A stretch of 64,000 nt of DNA, taken from contig CAZWON010000001.1 of the NCBI GenBank assembly GCA_964635565.1, positions 135,020-199,019 of the forward strand. The letters are read 5' to 3'. Source of the DNA: an uncultured Planctomycetia bacterium (GTDB lineage Bacteria > Omnitrophota > Gorgyraeia > Duberdicusellales > 4484-171). Positions 1 through 11,850 of this stretch are shown here, piece after piece. The position numbers were made by a program, and so were the translations under genes. Under the pieces are notes generated by a model that saw only the letters and a list, made by a program, of their open reading frames with translations, made no database searches and was not told the origin of the DNA. Numbering within the stretch: the first letter of the stretch is position 1; each line of letters begins with the position of its first letter.

Positions 1-1
1 C

Positions 2-2293
2 AATCAGATTTTACCCCCTGGATTTGATTTTGTAAATGAAATGCTTAATAAGAAGAAAATTTCTGATATCGTAAGTACTTGTTATAAGAAATTTGGCCAT
101 CATGCTACAATAGTACTTTTAGATAATTTAAAAGATTTAGGATTTGAATATGCTACACGCGGAGGGATAAGTATTGGAATGGAGGATTTAAGGATTCCTT
201 CGCAGAAAAGCGATTGTATTAAAGAAGCAAATAACGAATTAGCCAAGGTGGAAGAGCAATATAGAAGAGGGATTATTACAGAAAGAGAGCGTCATAATAA
301 AATTATAGATATCTGGACACGTACTACTGATAGAGTATCGGATTACGTGTTTAAAAATCTTGATTCCTTTAATCCCATTTTTATGATGGCTGATTCAGGA
401 GCGCGAGGCTCCCGTCTTCAGATGAGGCAATTAGCAGGGATGCGTGGTCTTATGGCAAAACCTTCTGGAGAAATCATTGAAACTCCTATTATCTCTAATT
501 TTCGGGAAGGGTTAAGTGTGTTAGAATATTTTATTTCTACTCATGGAGCAAGAAAAGGACTTGCGGATACAGCTTTAAAAACTGCTGACGCAGGATATCT
601 TACAAGAAGACTCGTTGATGTTGCTCAAGAAGTAATTGTTATTGAAGATGATTGCGGGACAGTTAATGGAATTACTGTTTCTGAAATTGTAGAGGGTGAT
701 GAGGTAGTTGTTTCTTTAAAAGAAAGAATAATAGGTCGAGTGGCTTTAGATAATATTGTAGATATCGTAAGTGATGAGATAATTGTGAAAGCAGGAGAGG
801 AGATCATAGAGGAGAAGGCAGAGAAAATAGAAAAGTTAGGCATTGAAAAAATAAGAATTAGAAGTGTACTTACCTGTGAATCAGAAAGGGGAGTATGCAG
901 GAAATGTTATGGAAGGAATTTAGCTACAGGTAAAATGGTAGAGATTGGAGAAGCAGTAGGAGTCATTGCTGCTCAGTCAATAGGAGAGCCAGGCACTCAA
1001 CTTACTATGAGAACTTTTCATATTGGAGGGACAGCTTCCAGGATTGCCGAGCGTTCATTTATTAAGGCTAAAGAGAATGGAATTGTTAAGTATCACGGTC
1101 TTAAAGTTGTCGCAAAAGGTAAGAATTTTGTGGTACTTAATCGGAATGGAATGATAAGTATAAATGATGAAAAAGGAATAGAACTTCAAAGAAATCCTGT
1201 TCCTCAGGGTTCATTTATTCTTGTGGGAGATGGAGGAAAAATTGAGAAGGAGAAAATATTTGTTCGTTGGGACCCTTATTCTTCGCCAATTCTTACAGAA
1301 GTAAGTGGTAAAGTAAAATATGAAGATGTAATTGAAGGTATAACTATTCAAGAAGAGATGAACCTTGCTACAGGAAGAAAAGAAAGAGTAGTAATCGAGT
1401 TTAAAGGGGATTATCATCCTCAGATTTTAATTCTTTCTGATAAAGATGAGGTTTTGGGAATTTATCCTGTCCCTACAGGAGCACATATCATGGTGGAAGA
1501 AAAAGATACTGTTGAGGCAGGAGATGTAATTGCTAAGACACCACGGTTAGTAGCAAAAACAAGGGATATTACAGGGGGTCTGCCACGTGTAGCAGAACTT
1601 TTTGAAGCACGCAGGCCCAAAAATCCTGCTTTGATAAGCGAGATAGATGGGTTTGTAGAGTTTAAAGAGGAAAAGGGAGAGAGAAAGATAATTGTAAGAA
1701 GCCCTACAGGAATGAAAAGGGAATATGTTATTCCTACAGGAACCCACCCCATAGTTTATAAAGGAGATAAGGTAGTTGCTGGTCAGCAACTTACAGAAGG
1801 CCCTATAGTGTTACAGGATATTTTACGAGTTTGTGGCGATAAGGTTTTGCAGGAATATTTGGTGAATGATATTCAAGAAATATATCGTTTACAAGGGGTG
1901 AGCATAAATGATAAGCACATAGAGTTGATTATTCGAGAGATGCTTAAGAAAGTGAAGATTGTAGATGCAGGAGATACTAATTTTCTTCCTGGAGAAGCAG
2001 TGGATAAGTGGGATTTTAAGAAGGAAAATACACGTATTCTTAAAAAGGGAGGGAAGCCTGCTACAGCAGCACCTTTACTTTTAGGAATTACTAAGGCAAG
2101 TTTAAATACTAAGAGTTTTATTTCTGCAGCGAGTTTTCAAGAGACTACGCGAGTATTAACAGAAGCGGCAAGTAGTGGGAAGGTAGATGAGCTTAAAGGA
2201 TTAAAGGAAAATGTAATTGTAGGACATCTTGTTCCTGCAGGAACAGGGTTAAGGATGTATAGAGAGATTGAGGTGGAGAAATGTCAACAATAG
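2..2293 (+). CDS. rpoC: RNA polymerase beta' subunit, 5'-truncated by the window
   Basis: Frame open from the window edge; motifs [54 protein letters not shown]. Confidence 0.99.
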   Translation, partial: NQILPPGFDFVNEMLNKKKISDIVSTCYKKFGHHATIVLLDNLKDLGFEYATRGGISIGMEDLRIPSQKSDCIKEANNELAKVEEQYRRGIITERERHNKIIDIWTRTTDRVSDYVFKNLDSFNPIFMMADSGARGSRLQMRQLAGMRGLMAKPSGEIIETPIISNFREGLSVLEYFISTHGARKGLADTALKTADAGYLTRRLVDVAQEVIVIEDDCGTVNGITVSEIVEGDEVVVSLKERIIGRVALDNIVDIVSDEIIVKAGEEIIEEKAEKIEKLGIEKIRIRSVLTCESERGVCRKCYGRNLATGKMVEIGEAVGVIAAQSIGEPGTQLTMRTFHIGGTASRIAERSFIKAKENGIVKYHGLKVVAKGKNFVVLNRNGMISINDEKGIELQRNPVPQGSFILVGDGGKIEKEKIFVRWDPYSSPILTEVSGKVKYEDVIEGITIQEEMNLATGRKERVVIEFKGDYHPQILILSDKDEVLGIYPVPTGAHIMVEEKDTVEAGDVIAKTPRLVAKTRDITGGLPRVAELFEARRPKNPALISEIDGFVEFKEEKGERKIIVRSPTGMKREYVIPTGTHPIVYKGDKVVAGQQLTEGPIVLQDILRVCGDKVLQEYLVNDIQEIYRLQGVSINDKHIELIIREMLKKVKIVDAGDTNFLPGEAVDKWDFKKENTRILKKGGKPATAAPLLLGITKASLNTKSFISAASFQETTRVLTEAASSGKVDELKGLKENVIVGHLVPAGTGLRMYREIEVEKCQQ

Positions 2294-2655
2294 CTCAGTT
2301 GTTAAGAAAACCAAGGGTCCCTAAGAGAAAAAAGACGAAGTCCCCTGCTTTAGGGAGTTGTCCTCAGAAAAGAGGTGTATGTATTCAAGTCAGAACAATG
2401 ACACCAAAAAAACCCAATTCTGCTTTACGTAAAATTGCTCGCGTTCGTCTTACTAATTCTGAAGAGGTCACTGCTTATATTCCTGGTGAAGGGCATAACC
2501 TTCAAGAACACTCTATTGTTTTAGTCCGAGGAGGAAGAGTAAAAGACCTTCCTGGCGTGCGTTATCATATTGTAAGGGGCACATTAGATACGCAGGGTGT
2601 TCAGAATAGAAAGAAATCTCGCTCTAAATATGGGGCTAAAAGACCAAAGGGATAA
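2281..2655 (+). CDS. rpsL: 30S ribosomal protein S12
   Basis: [22 protein letters not shown]; overlaps rpoC end by 13 nt. Confidence 0.99.
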   Translation: MSTIAQLLRKPRVPKRKKTKSPALGSCPQKRGVCIQVRTMTPKKPNSALRKIARVRLTNSEEVTAYIPGEGHNLQEHSIVLVRGGRVKDLPGVRYHIVRGTLDTQGVQNRKKSRSKYGAKRPKG

Positions 2656-2673
2656 TTACTCTGGAGGGTTAAG

Positions 2674-3141
2674 ATGAGAAGAAGAAGAGCGCCAAAAAGA
2701 GAGGTTGTTTCTGATCCGAAATATAATTCCGAAATTTTAAGTCATTTTATAAATATCATTATGTGTGATGGTAAGAAAAGCATTGCCCAGAGAATTATTT
2801 ATGAGGCATTGGATGTAGTAGGTAAGCGTACCAAAGACGATGCTTTAAAAGTATTTTTTGATGCTTTAGAGAATGCCCGTCCACGTCTTCAAGTTAAACC
2901 ACGTAGAATAGGAGGGGCAACCTATCAAGTGCCTGTAGAAGTTTCTAAACAAAGAGGGATTTCTATAGCTTTAAGGTGGATGAGGGATTTTGCCCGTAAT
3001 AAAAAAGGTAAGCCAATGAGTTTAAAGCTTGCTGATGAGATAATTTCTGCCTATAAAAATGAAGGATCGGTAATAAAGAAGAAAGAGGATACTCATAAGA
3101 TGGCGGAAGCAAATAGGGCATTTGCTCATTTTAGATTTTAA
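2674..3141 (+). CDS. rpsG: 30S ribosomal protein S7
   Basis: RRIGGATYQVP, HKMAEANRAFAH; str operon position. Confidence 0.99.
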   Translation: MRRRRAPKREVVSDPKYNSEILSHFINIIMCDGKKSIAQRIIYEALDVVGKRTKDDALKVFFDALENARPRLQVKPRRIGGATYQVPVEVSKQRGISIALRWMRDFARNKKGKPMSLKLADEIISAYKNEGSVIKKKEDTHKMAEANRAFAHFRF

Positions 3142-3244
3142 TTGGTTTGCTTAAGGAAATTTATAAATGGACTACATAGGGAATTTGGAAGAAAGTTTAG
3201 GAAAAAATGTAAAGTACAAAGAGAAAAATTTAGCAAGTAGGGAT

Positions 3245-5299
3245 ATGTCAGAGATAGAATTAATAAGAAATATTGGGTTTGTGGCTCATATTGATGCGGG
3301 TAAGACTACTACTACTGAAAGGGCTCTTTTTTATAGCGGAAGAGTTTATAGGCTTGGCGAAGTAGATGAGGGAACTGCTACTACAGATTGGATGGAGCAG
3401 GAAAAAAAGAGAGGAATTACTATAACCAGTGCTTCTACTTATTGTAGATGGCGCGATTATCATATAAATATTATTGATACCCCTGGTCATATAGATTTTA
3501 CTGTAGAGGTTGAAAGAGCACTAAAAGTTTTAGATGGAGCAGTAATAATTTTTTGTGGGGTAGGGGGAGTAGAGCCTCAGTCTGAAACTGTATGGCATCA
3601 AGCCGATAAATATAGAGTTTCTCGCATTGTTTTTGTTAATAAGATGGATAGGACAGGGGCAGATTTATTAGCTGTTGTGGAGGAGATGAGGAATAAGTTA
3701 GGCGCTAATGTTGCTCTGATACAGCTACCCATCTATGAAAATGATGAATTTAAAGGCATAGTAGATCTCATTAGGAATGAAGCAGTATATTATGAGGATG
3801 AGTTGGGAGAAAGAATGATAAAAAAACCTGTTCCTGCCCATTTGGAAAAAGATGTTGTTAGATTTCGTGATGAGCTTATTGAACGGTTAGCGGAACGCGA
3901 TGATGAGTTTATGAATAAATTTATCCATCAGGAAAGGTTAAAAGAAGAGGATTTTATTCGTGTAGTCCGTAAGTGTGTATTGGAGAATAAATTTTATCCT
4001 GTTCTTTGTGGGTCAGCGTTAAAGAACAAAGGAATTCAGTTACTTTTAGATGCAGTTTGCAATTTTCTCCCCTCACCCCATGATTTAAAAGTTGTTAAAG
4101 GGTTACATCCCACTAAAAAAGAAGTAGAAGAAATAGAAATTAGTTATAAAGCTCCTTTTTGTGCCTTATGTTTTAAGGTTTTTACAGATCCTTTTGTGGG
4201 AAAACTTTTTTATACGCGAGTGTACTCGGGAAAGGTTAGTACTTCTTCTTTAATTTATAATGCTACAAAAAAAAGTAAAGAGAAGATAACTAAAATTGTA
4301 AGAATGCATGCCAATAAACAGGAAATTATAAGTAATGCTAAGGCAGGTGATATCGTCTGTTTGGTAGGTTTAAAAGAGACTACTACAGGAGATACTCTCT
4401 GCGATCCTCAATATCCTTTGCTTTTAGAAGAAATGAGGTTTCCTGAGCCTGTTGTATCTTTAGCTATTGAACCTAAGACAAAAGCAGATCAAGATAGGTT
4501 AGTGACCGCCTTAAAAAAATTAGAAGCAGAGGACCCTTCTTTTAAAGTTTCCTATAACCGAGATACAGGTCAAAATATTATTTCTGGGATGGGGCAGCTT
4601 CATTTAGAGGTTGTAGTAGAGAGATTGTTAAGTGAATTTAAAGTAAAAGCTAGAGTTGGCAATCCCCAGGTAGCATATAAAGAGACAATTAAAAAGAGAG
4701 TTGAATCTGTAGGTAAATTTATTCAACAGACAGGGGGACGCGGTCAATATGGTCATGTGGTTTTACTTATGGAACCGAATAAAAAAGGAGGTGTGGTTTT
4801 TGAGAGTAAGATTAAAGGAGGTATTATACCACGTGAGTTTATCCCTGCGGTTAAAGAAGGCGTATTTAATGCATCAAATGCAGGTATTTTGGGAGGTTAT
4901 TCTGTCACTGATATAAAAGTAACTCTTATTGATGGTTCTTATCATGATGTTGATTCTAGTGAGCTGGCTTTTAAAATTGCTGCAGAAATTGCTTTTAAGG
5001 AGGGTTTAAGAAAGGCTTCTTCTATTTTACTTGAGCCAATAATGGATTTAGAAGTTATTACCCCCTTAGAGTATTTAAGCCAGGTTATTGCTGATTTGAA
5101 TGTGCGTCGAGCAAAGATTGTTTCTATTTCCGATAGGAGAAATGTGAAAACAGTAAGAGCAGAGGTGCCTCTTCGCGAAGTTTTTAATTATGCGGATATA
5201 TTAAGGAACTTGACACAGGGAAGAGCTTCTTATACAATAGAGCCTTTCTATTATGAAGAGGTGCCCTATGAAATATTAATAAAGATATTAGGAAGATAA
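3245..5299 (+). CDS. fusA: Elongation factor G (alternative in-frame start at 3167)
   Basis: AHIDAGKTT, RGITI, DTPGH, NKMD, GMGQLHL, QTGGRGQYGHV; homology begins at Met 3245. Confidence 0.97.
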   Translation: MSEIELIRNIGFVAHIDAGKTTTTERALFYSGRVYRLGEVDEGTATTDWMEQEKKRGITITSASTYCRWRDYHINIIDTPGHIDFTVEVERALKVLDGAVIIFCGVGGVEPQSETVWHQADKYRVSRIVFVNKMDRTGADLLAVVEEMRNKLGANVALIQLPIYENDEFKGIVDLIRNEAVYYEDELGERMIKKPVPAHLEKDVVRFRDELIERLAERDDEFMNKFIHQERLKEEDFIRVVRKCVLENKFYPVLCGSALKNKGIQLLLDAVCNFLPSPHDLKVVKGLHPTKKEVEEIEISYKAPFCALCFKVFTDPFVGKLFYTRVYSGKVSTSSLIYNATKKSKEKITKIVRMHANKQEIISNAKAGDIVCLVGLKETTTGDTLCDPQYPLLLEEMRFPEPVVSLAIEPKTKADQDRLVTALKKLEAEDPSFKVSYNRDTGQNIISGMGQLHLEVVVERLLSEFKVKARVGNPQVAYKETIKKRVESVGKFIQQTGGRGQYGHVVLLMEPNKKGGVVFESKIKGGIIPREFIPAVKEGVFNASNAGILGGYSVTDIKVTLIDGSYHDVDSSELAFKIAAEIAFKEGLRKASSILLEPIMDLEVITPLEYLSQVIADLNVRRAKIVSISDRRNVKTVRAEVPLREVFNYADILRNLTQGRASYTIEPFYYEEVPYEILIKILGR

Positions 5300-5312
5300 G
5301 AGGAGGTGAAGA

Positions 5313-6515
5313 ATGGGAAAAGAGAAGTTTGTAAGGAGTAAGCCCCATTTAAACATTGGGACCATTGGGCACGTTGATCATGGGAAGACTACTCTAACCA
5401 GTGCTATTACAAAGATTTTGGCAAGCCGTGGTAAGGCACAAGCTTTAGCTTACGAGGATATTGATAAAGCGCCTGAGGAAAAAGAGAGAGGCTTGACAAT
5501 TAACATTGCCCATGTGGAATACGAAACAGATAATCGCCATTATGCTCATATTGATTGTCCAGGACATGCAGATTATATTAAGAATATGATTACAGGAGCA
5601 GCGCAAATGGATGGTGCTATTCTTGTTGTTGCTGCTACTGATGGTCCTATGCCTCAGACTCGCGAACATATTCTTTTATCAAGACAGGTAAATGTTCCTG
5701 CAATTGTTGTGTTTGTAAATAAAGTAGATCAGGTAGATGATAAGGAACTTATTGATTTAGTGGAGGTAGAGGTAAGAGAGTGGCTTTCTAAGTATGAGTT
5801 TCCTGGGGAAGAAGTGCCTGTGGTGAAAGGTTCTGCATTGGAAGCTATGGGATGTGGTTGTGGCAAAGACGATTGTCCTAAGTGCAAGCCAATCTTAGAG
5901 TTAATGAAGGCAGTTGATGAGTATATTCCTACCCCTAAAAGAGACGTAGATAAACCTTTTTTAATGGCTATAGAGGATGTTTTTTCTATTTCTGGCAGAG
6001 GCACAGTAGTTACAGGAAGAATAGAAAGAGGTAAGATTAGAATAGGAGAGGAGGTAGAGATTGTAGGGCTGGCACCAGAGGTAAGGAAAACAGTTGTTAC
6101 AGGAGTAGAGATGTTTAGAAAAACACTCGATGAAGGGCAAGCAGGAGATAATGTAGGATTACTTTTAAGAGGAGTAGAAAAAGAAGATGTGGAGAGAGGT
6201 ATGGTAATAGCGCAGCCAAGCTCTATTACTCCCCATACGAAGTTTAAGGCGCAGATTTACGCTTTAAAGAAGGAAGAAGGGGGAAGACATACTCCTTTTT
6301 TCAGTGGTTATAGACCACAGTTTTATATAAGGACAACTGATGTTACAGGAACAGTTAAGCTTCCCCAGGGAGTAGAAATGGTTATGCCCGGGGATAATGC
6401 TGAAGTCGAGGTAGAGTTGATTCAGCCTGTTGCTATTGAGAAAGAGATGCGTTTTGCTATTCGTGAAGGTGGTAAAACTGTAGGAGCAGGTGTAGTTACA
6501 GAAATATTACAATAA
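5313..6515 (+). CDS. tuf: Elongation factor Tu
   Basis: [31 protein letters not shown]; SD GAGGAGG; carries a Cys-rich insertion. Confidence 0.99.
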   Translation: MGKEKFVRSKPHLNIGTIGHVDHGKTTLTSAITKILASRGKAQALAYEDIDKAPEEKERGLTINIAHVEYETDNRHYAHIDCPGHADYIKNMITGAAQMDGAILVVAATDGPMPQTREHILLSRQVNVPAIVVFVNKVDQVDDKELIDLVEVEVREWLSKYEFPGEEVPVVKGSALEAMGCGCGKDDCPKCKPILELMKAVDEYIPTPKRDVDKPFLMAIEDVFSISGRGTVVTGRIERGKIRIGEEVEIVGLAPEVRKTVVTGVEMFRKTLDEGQAGDNVGLLLRGVEKEDVERGMVIAQPSSITPHTKFKAQIYALKKEEGGRHTPFFSGYRPQFYIRTTDVTGTVKLPQGVEMVMPGDNAEVEVELIQPVAIEKEMRFAIREGGKTVGAGVVTEILQ

Positions 6516-6531
6516 AGACATAATAAGCCAA

Positions 6532-6840
6532 ATGCTTAAGATTCGGATAAAACTTAGAGCATTTGATCATAGGATTCTTGATCAATCAGTGCAGGAAATT
6601 ACAGAGGTAGCTTTACGGACAGGGGCGAAAGTAAATGGGCCTATTCCTTTACCTACTAAAAAGAAAATTTATACAGTATTACGCTCAACTAATATAGACA
6701 AAAAGTCAAGAGAACAGTTTATGTTGGCAATTCATAAGAGGATTATTGATTTGGATAATCCTACCTCAAAAACAATAGATGCTTTAAGAAAGTTAAATCT
6801 TCCTGCTGGGGTTAATGTAGAGATAAAGCAAGAGGTATAA
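6532..6840 (+). CDS. rpsJ: 30S ribosomal protein S10
   Basis: [24 protein letters not shown]. Confidence 0.98.
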   Translation: MLKIRIKLRAFDHRILDQSVQEITEVALRTGAKVNGPIPLPTKKKIYTVLRSTNIDKKSREQFMLAIHKRIIDLDNPTSKTIDALRKLNLPAGVNVEIKQEV

Positions 6841-6904
6841 ACATATAAAAGAAAAATTGTTGTTTAAAATAAGGAATGGATTTTGTGTAAAAAATTTTAG
6901 AGCA

Positions 6905-7537
6905 ATGATTAGAGAGGTTGTAGGAAAAAAGTTAGGAATGACACATATTTTTGATGAAGAGGCTAATTTAGTGGCTATTACAATTGTAGAGATAGGTTCT
7001 ATGTGTGTTTTAGAAAAAGTTTTTTATCCTAAAGGTATAAAGGTGAAGGTAGGGTATTTTAAGGTTTCGCCCTCTAAGACAAAGAGGATAAAAAAGCCTC
7101 TTAAAGGGTATTTTACAAAGTTAGGTGTTCCTTTTTATGAAGTTATAAAAGAAGTGGATATAGAGGATGAAAAAAATCTTAAGGTAAAAGAGGAATTCGG
7201 TATAGAGGTACTTAAAGAAGGAGAGATTATAGATGTGCGGGGGAAATCAAAAGGAAGAGGTTTTCAGGGTGGAGTAAAACGATTTGGTTGGCAGGGACAA
7301 CCAAAGACACATGGTTCTACCACTCATCGCCGTATTGGCTCAGCAGGTGCTACTACTTTTCCCGGAAGAATCATTAAGGGGCATAGAATGCCAGGCCATA
7401 TGGGTAATTTTCACTGTACAATAAAAAATCTTAAAATTTTAAAAATAGATAAAGAGAAAAACTTATTATATATAAAAGGGGCAATACCCGGAGCTATTAA
7501 TAGCAAGGTTTTTATAAAGAGAGTAGGTCCTAAATGA
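6905..7537 (+). CDS. rplC: 50S ribosomal protein L3
   Basis: GKKLGMT, KGRGFQG, MPGHMG; ATG 6905 preferred over TTG 6857. Confidence 0.97.
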   Translation: MIREVVGKKLGMTHIFDEEANLVAITIVEIGSMCVLEKVFYPKGIKVKVGYFKVSPSKTKRIKKPLKGYFTKLGVPFYEVIKEVDIEDEKNLKVKEEFGIEVLKEGEIIDVRGKSKGRGFQGGVKRFGWQGQPKTHGSTTHRRIGSAGATTFPGRIIKGHRMPGHMGNFHCTIKNLKILKIDKEKNLLYIKGAIPGAINSKVFIKRVGPK

Positions 7538-8172
7538 GTAAGTTAGAAGTTTATAATCAAGATGGTAAAAAGATAAAGACTTTAGAGTTAGATAAAGAAG
7601 TTTTTGATAGGAAGGTTAGTGAAGACCTTCTTCATCAAGCAATAGTTACTTTTTTAGCTAATCAGAGGAAAGGTTTAGCTAATTCAAAGACAAAAGGAGA
7701 AATAAGAGGAGGGGGAAGAAAACCTTGGCGGCAGAAAGGAACAGGGAGAGCACGGGTAGGTTCAATACGTTCGCCCCTCTGGAGAGGAGGAGGAGTAGTT
7801 TTTGGGCCAAAGCCTCGGGATTATTCTAAGAGAATGCCTAAGCGAATGCGAATTTTAGCCTTAAAAAGTGCCCTTAATATTAAATTGAAAGATAAAGAAA
7901 TAATGTTAGTAGATAATATTGAAATAAAGGAAGCTAAGACAAAAGTATTATTTGGAATATTAAAAAAACTCAAATTGGATAATATTAAAACTACATTAGT
8001 GATAGAGAGAATAGATAAAAATATAAAATTAGCTTCTAGAAATTTAGAGCATCTTGAGATAGAAAAGGCGGATACTTTGAATTCTTATAATGTTTTGGAC
8101 TGTAAAAAAATATTATTTACCTTACCTGCTTTTAAAAAAACAGAAGAAAGAGTAAAAAAATGGCTCCATTAG
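7534..8172 (+). CDS. rplD: 50S ribosomal protein L4
   Basis: KPWRQKGTGRAR, GGGVVFGP. Confidence 0.98.
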   Translation: MSKLEVYNQDGKKIKTLELDKEVFDRKVSEDLLHQAIVTFLANQRKGLANSKTKGEIRGGGRKPWRQKGTGRARVGSIRSPLWRGGGVVFGPKPRDYSKRMPKRMRILALKSALNIKLKDKEIMLVDNIEIKEAKTKVLFGILKKLKLDNIKTTLVIERIDKNIKLASRNLEHLEIEKADTLNSYNVLDCKKILFTLPAFKKTEERVKKWLH

Positions 8173-8450
8173 GAGATATTTACACTTATATTAAATCACC
8201 TTTAATTACAGAAAAGGCAACTCAACTTGCCAGCAAAAATAAGTACGTTTTTTGGGTAGATAAAAGAAGTAACAAAATTGAAATAAGAAAAGCAATAGAA
8301 GCTATTTATAGGGTTAAAGTTACCTCTGTTAATATTATTAGTATGAAAGGTAAAACAAAAAGATTACGCTGGGGTCAAGAAGGGAAAACATCTTCTTGGA
8401 AAAAAGCAGTAGTTACCTTAAAAAAAGGCGATACAATAAAAATTACTTAA
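8160..8450 (+). CDS. rplW: 50S ribosomal protein L23
   Basis: [25 protein letters not shown]; synteny. Confidence 0.96.
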   Translation: MAPLGDIYTYIKSPLITEKATQLASKNKYVFWVDKRSNKIEIRKAIEAIYRVKVTSVNIISMKGKTKRLRWGQEGKTSSWKKAVVTLKKGDTIKIT

Positions 8451-8451
8451 T

Positions 8452-9297
8452 ATGGGAATAAGAAAGTTTAAACCTACAACTGCGAGTTTACGTTTTAAAG
8501 TAATCTCTGATTTTTCTGAAATTACCAAAACTAAGCCAGAAAAGTCTCTTTTAGTTTCTTTAAAGAAAAAAGGAGGAAGAAATAATTATGGTTGTATTAC
8601 TGTAAGAAGAAGAGGAGGGGGGCATAAGAGAAGATACAGGTTGGTTGATTTTAAAAGAGACAAATTTGATAGCGAGGCAGAAGTCTTATCTATAGAATAT
8701 GATCCTAACAGAAGTGCTCGGATTGCCTTAGTGGAGTATCCTGATAGAGAAAAAAGGTATATTATCTGGCCTGATGGTTTAAAAGTAGGAGATAAAATAA
8801 TAAGTGCTTTTGATTCCCAGACAGATATAAGGCCCGGCAATTGTATGAGATTAAAACATATCCCTTTAGGGACAGTAATTCATAATGTTGAGCTTACCCC
8901 AGGGGGAGGAGGGAAGTTAGTAAGAAGTGCGGGTAGTTGGGCTCAGCTTATGGCTAAGGAAAGAGGTTTTGCCCAGCTTAAAATGCCTTCAGGAGAAATT
9001 CGGCTTGTGAAAATAGATTGTAGGGCAACTATTGGTCAGGTGGGGAATATTGACCACAATTCTATTATTCATGGTAAAGCAGGAAGAGTTCGCTGGTTAG
9101 GTAGACGCCCTAAAGTAAGAGGTGTGGCAATGAATCCTGTAGATCATCCTCATGGGGGAGGAGAAGGAAAGGCAGGTCAAGGTAATCCCCATCCTGTAAG
9201 CCCTTGGGCAAAATGCGCTAAGGGAGGTAAAACAAGAAGACCGAAGAATAAAAGTAATAAGTATATATTAAAACGCAGAGGTAAGAAGAGAAAATAG
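8452..9297 (+). CDS. rplB: 50S ribosomal protein L2
   Basis: [25 protein letters not shown]. Confidence 0.99.
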   Translation: MGIRKFKPTTASLRFKVISDFSEITKTKPEKSLLVSLKKKGGRNNYGCITVRRRGGGHKRRYRLVDFKRDKFDSEAEVLSIEYDPNRSARIALVEYPDREKRYIIWPDGLKVGDKIISAFDSQTDIRPGNCMRLKHIPLGTVIHNVELTPGGGGKLVRSAGSWAQLMAKERGFAQLKMPSGEIRLVKIDCRATIGQVGNIDHNSIIHGKAGRVRWLGRRPKVRGVAMNPVDHPHGGGEGKAGQGNPHPVSPWAKCAKGGKTRRPKNKSNKYILKRRGKKRK

Positions 9298-9318
9298 TCG
9301 AGAATAAAAGAAAAGATT

Positions 9319-9606
9319 ATGAGCAGGTCATTAAAAAAAGGTCCTTTTGTTGACGAGAAATTATTGAAAAAGGTTAAGCAAGCAAAAGAAAAAGGTGTAA
9401 GGATACCTATAAAAACATGGTCGCGCTCAAGTATGATTACACCTGATTTTGTAGGGTTAACTATTGCTGTTCATGATGGTAAGAAGCACGTTCCTGTTTT
9501 TATTATAGAGTCAATGGTAGGACATCGTTTAGGTGAGTTTGTTCCTACAAGAACATTTCGCCAGCACGGAGGGATAAAAGCAAAGAAAGCATTACAGAAA
9601 AAATAG
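9319..9606 (+). CDS. rpsS: 30S ribosomal protein S19
   Basis: [22 protein letters not shown]. Confidence 0.98.
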   Translation: MSRSLKKGPFVDEKLLKKVKQAKEKGVRIPIKTWSRSSMITPDFVGLTIAVHDGKKHVPVFIIESMVGHRLGEFVPTRTFRQHGGIKAKKALQKK

Positions 9607-9614
9607 CAATTATT

Positions 9615-9971
9615 ATGGTAGCAAAAGCAGAGACAAAATATATAAGAATATCACCAAGGAAATTAAGATTGGTGCTTCCTCTTATTAAAGGAATTTCTGT
9701 AGAAGATGCTTTAGCAGTTTTAAAGATGACCAATAAAAAAGGAGCTTTTTATTTAGAAAAAACTTTGCGTTCTGCAATTGCTAATGCAAAAAGTAAGGGT
9801 TTTAATGAGAGTAAACTTTTTGTTGCGCACGTAATCGCAAATGCTGGGCCGTTACTAAAGAGATATCGTGCTGCTTCTTTTGGAAGAGCGACTATGATTC
9901 GAAAACGCACTTCTCATTTGAGGATTGAATTAGATACAAAGGAAAAGATTATAAGTAAGGTTAAAAGATAA
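9615..9971 (+). CDS. rplV: 50S ribosomal protein L22
   Basis: RISPRK, SAIANA, KRTSH. Confidence 0.97.
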   Translation: MVAKAETKYIRISPRKLRLVLPLIKGISVEDALAVLKMTNKKGAFYLEKTLRSAIANAKSKGFNESKLFVAHVIANAGPLLKRYRAASFGRATMIRKRTSHLRIELDTKEKIISKVKR

Positions 9972-9972
9972 A

Positions 9973-10638
9973 ATGGGGCAGAAAGTTCATCCTTATATTT
10001 TAAGAATAGGTTTTGGTAAAGATTGGCAATCACGCTGGTTTAGTGATAGGAAGAAGAATTATGCTCAATTTCTTGATGAAGATTTGAAGATAAGAAAAAC
10101 GGTCAAAGATTTTTATACTTTAGGCTCTATTGCTAATCTTATTATTGAGAGGATTTCCTCTACGCTTATAAGGATAAGAATAAGAACCTCACGGCCAGGA
10201 GTAATTATTGGTAAGGGAGGAAAAGATATTGAGAGGTTAAAATCTATGATGCTTGATCTTACAAAGAAAGAAGTGATTATTGATGTAGAAGAGGTAATAG
10301 AGCCTGCTTTAGAGGCACAGTTAGTAGCGGAATTAATTACTTTCCAGATTGTAAAAAGGGTGAATTTTCGGCGGGCAATGAAACGGGCAATTCAACAAGC
10401 AGTGAATTTGGGATGTGAAGGGATAAAGATAAGGTGCTCAGGAAGATTGGGGGGAGTAGAAATCGCTAGAAGCGAAAGTTACAAATATGGCAAGATTCCT
10501 CTTCAGACCTTTCGTGCAGATATAGATTATGGTTTTAGTGTGGCAAAGACTACTTATGGGACTATTGGAGTAAAAACTTGGATATATAAAGGTATAAAAT
10601 ATTTAGGAAACTATCTTATAAAAGAGGAGAATAAATAA
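9973..10638 (+). CDS. rpsC: 30S ribosomal protein S3
   Basis: [31 protein letters not shown]. Confidence 0.98.
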   Translation: MGQKVHPYILRIGFGKDWQSRWFSDRKKNYAQFLDEDLKIRKTVKDFYTLGSIANLIIERISSTLIRIRIRTSRPGVIIGKGGKDIERLKSMMLDLTKKEVIIDVEEVIEPALEAQLVAELITFQIVKRVNFRRAMKRAIQQAVNLGCEGIKIRCSGRLGGVEIARSESYKYGKIPLQTFRADIDYGFSVAKTTYGTIGVKTWIYKGIKYLGNYLIKEENK

Positions 10639-10639
10639 T

Positions 10640-11050
10640 ATGTTTTTGCCCAAGAGGATTAAATATAGAAAGGCGCAGCGCGGCAGACGTAAGGGGCTGG
10701 CTACAAGTGGTTCTGAGGTAAGTTTCGGTGAATACGGGCTTAAAGCATTAGGATGTGGATGGCTTAAAAATACTCAGATAGAAGCAGCAAGAATTATTCT
10801 TGCCCGTCGGTTACGTCGAGGAGGAAAATTATGGATAAGAATATTTCCTGATAAACCTATAACCAAGAAGCCTGCAGAGTCTCGCATGGGGAAAGGTAAA
10901 GGCGAAGTAGAAGGATGGGTAGCAGTGATAAAAAGAGGGATGATGCTTTTTGAGATGGGGGGAGTTTCTGAAGAATTTGCCCGAGATTCTTTTAGGCTGG
11001 TAGCTTATAAGTTGCCTTTTAAAACCAGATTTGTGTTAAGAAGAAAATGA
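10640..11050 (+). CDS. rplP: 50S ribosomal protein L16
   Basis: QIEAAR, RIFPDKP, RMGKGKG. Confidence 0.98.
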   Translation: MFLPKRIKYRKAQRGRRKGLATSGSEVSFGEYGLKALGCGWLKNTQIEAARIILARRLRRGGKLWIRIFPDKPITKKPAESRMGKGKGEVEGWVAVIKRGMMLFEMGGVSEEFARDSFRLVAYKLPFKTRFVLRRK

Positions 11051-11244
11051 GAAATAAGGAATATAGAAATTTAAATAAAGAGGAATTGGAAGAGAAACTT
11101 TTAGAGTTAAGAAAGAAACTTATGGAGTTGAATTTTAAGAGAAAAACTTCTCGCATAGAGAAACCGCATCTTTTTAGAGAAACTAAAAGGAATATTGCAA
11201 GGATTCTTACACTATTAAAGGAAAAGGTTAATGAGAGAGAATAA
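11047..11244 (+). CDS. rpmC: 50S ribosomal protein L29
   Basis: Size, KRNIARILT, position between rplP and rpsQ. Confidence 0.93.
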   Translation: MRNKEYRNLNKEELEEKLLELRKKLMELNFKRKTSRIEKPHLFRETKRNIARILTLLKEKVNERE

Positions 11245-11485
11245 GAAGATAAAAAAAAGAGTCTTAGAGGGAATTGTTGTTTCAGGTAAGATGGAAAAAA
11301 CTATTGTGGTAGAGGTAAAGAGGAAGTTTCCCCATCCCCTTTATAAAAAAACTATCACTAAGAGAAAGAGGTTTAAAGTGCACGATGAGAAGAAGGAGGC
11401 TAAATTAGGGGATAAAGTTAAGATTATAGAGGCACGTCCTTATTCTAAAGAGAAATATTTTCGTTTACTTGAGGTATTAAGATGA
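11231..11485 (+). CDS. rpsQ: 30S ribosomal protein S17
   Basis: [18 protein letters not shown]. Confidence 0.97.
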   Translation: MRENKKIKKRVLEGIVVSGKMEKTIVVEVKRKFPHPLYKKTITKRKRFKVHDEKKEAKLGDKVKIIEARPYSKEKYFRLLEVLR

Positions 11486-11850
11486 TATATTTGCGTAGTA
11501 TTTTAGATGTAGCGGATAATACAGGAGCTAAAAAGTTAGCATGTATTGGAGTTATTGGGAAGAAAAATAAAAAGCAGGCAAATATCGGTGATGTAGTTAC
11601 CGGTCATGTTAGAGAAATTGGTAGCGGGGAGGCACAAGTGAAAAAAGGGGAGGTTGTAAGAGCAGTAATTGTACGCACAGCCCATCCTATAAGAAGGAAT
11701 GATGGAGTTTTTGTTAAGTTTGATAGAAATGCGTGTGTGATTATTGATAAACAGGGTAATCCCCGAGGCACAAGAGTATTTGGGCCAGTAGCACGAGAGT
11801 TGAGAGAGAAGTTTGGGAAGATTGTTTCTTTAGCTCCTGAGGTGATCTGA
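11482..11850 (+). CDS. rplN: 50S ribosomal protein L14
   Basis: [25 protein letters not shown]. Confidence 0.98.
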   Translation: MIYLRSILDVADNTGAKKLACIGVIGKKNKKQANIGDVVTGHVREIGSGEAQVKKGEVVRAVIVRTAHPIRRNDGVFVKFDRNACVIIDKQGNPRGTRVFGPVARELREKFGKIVSLAPEVI

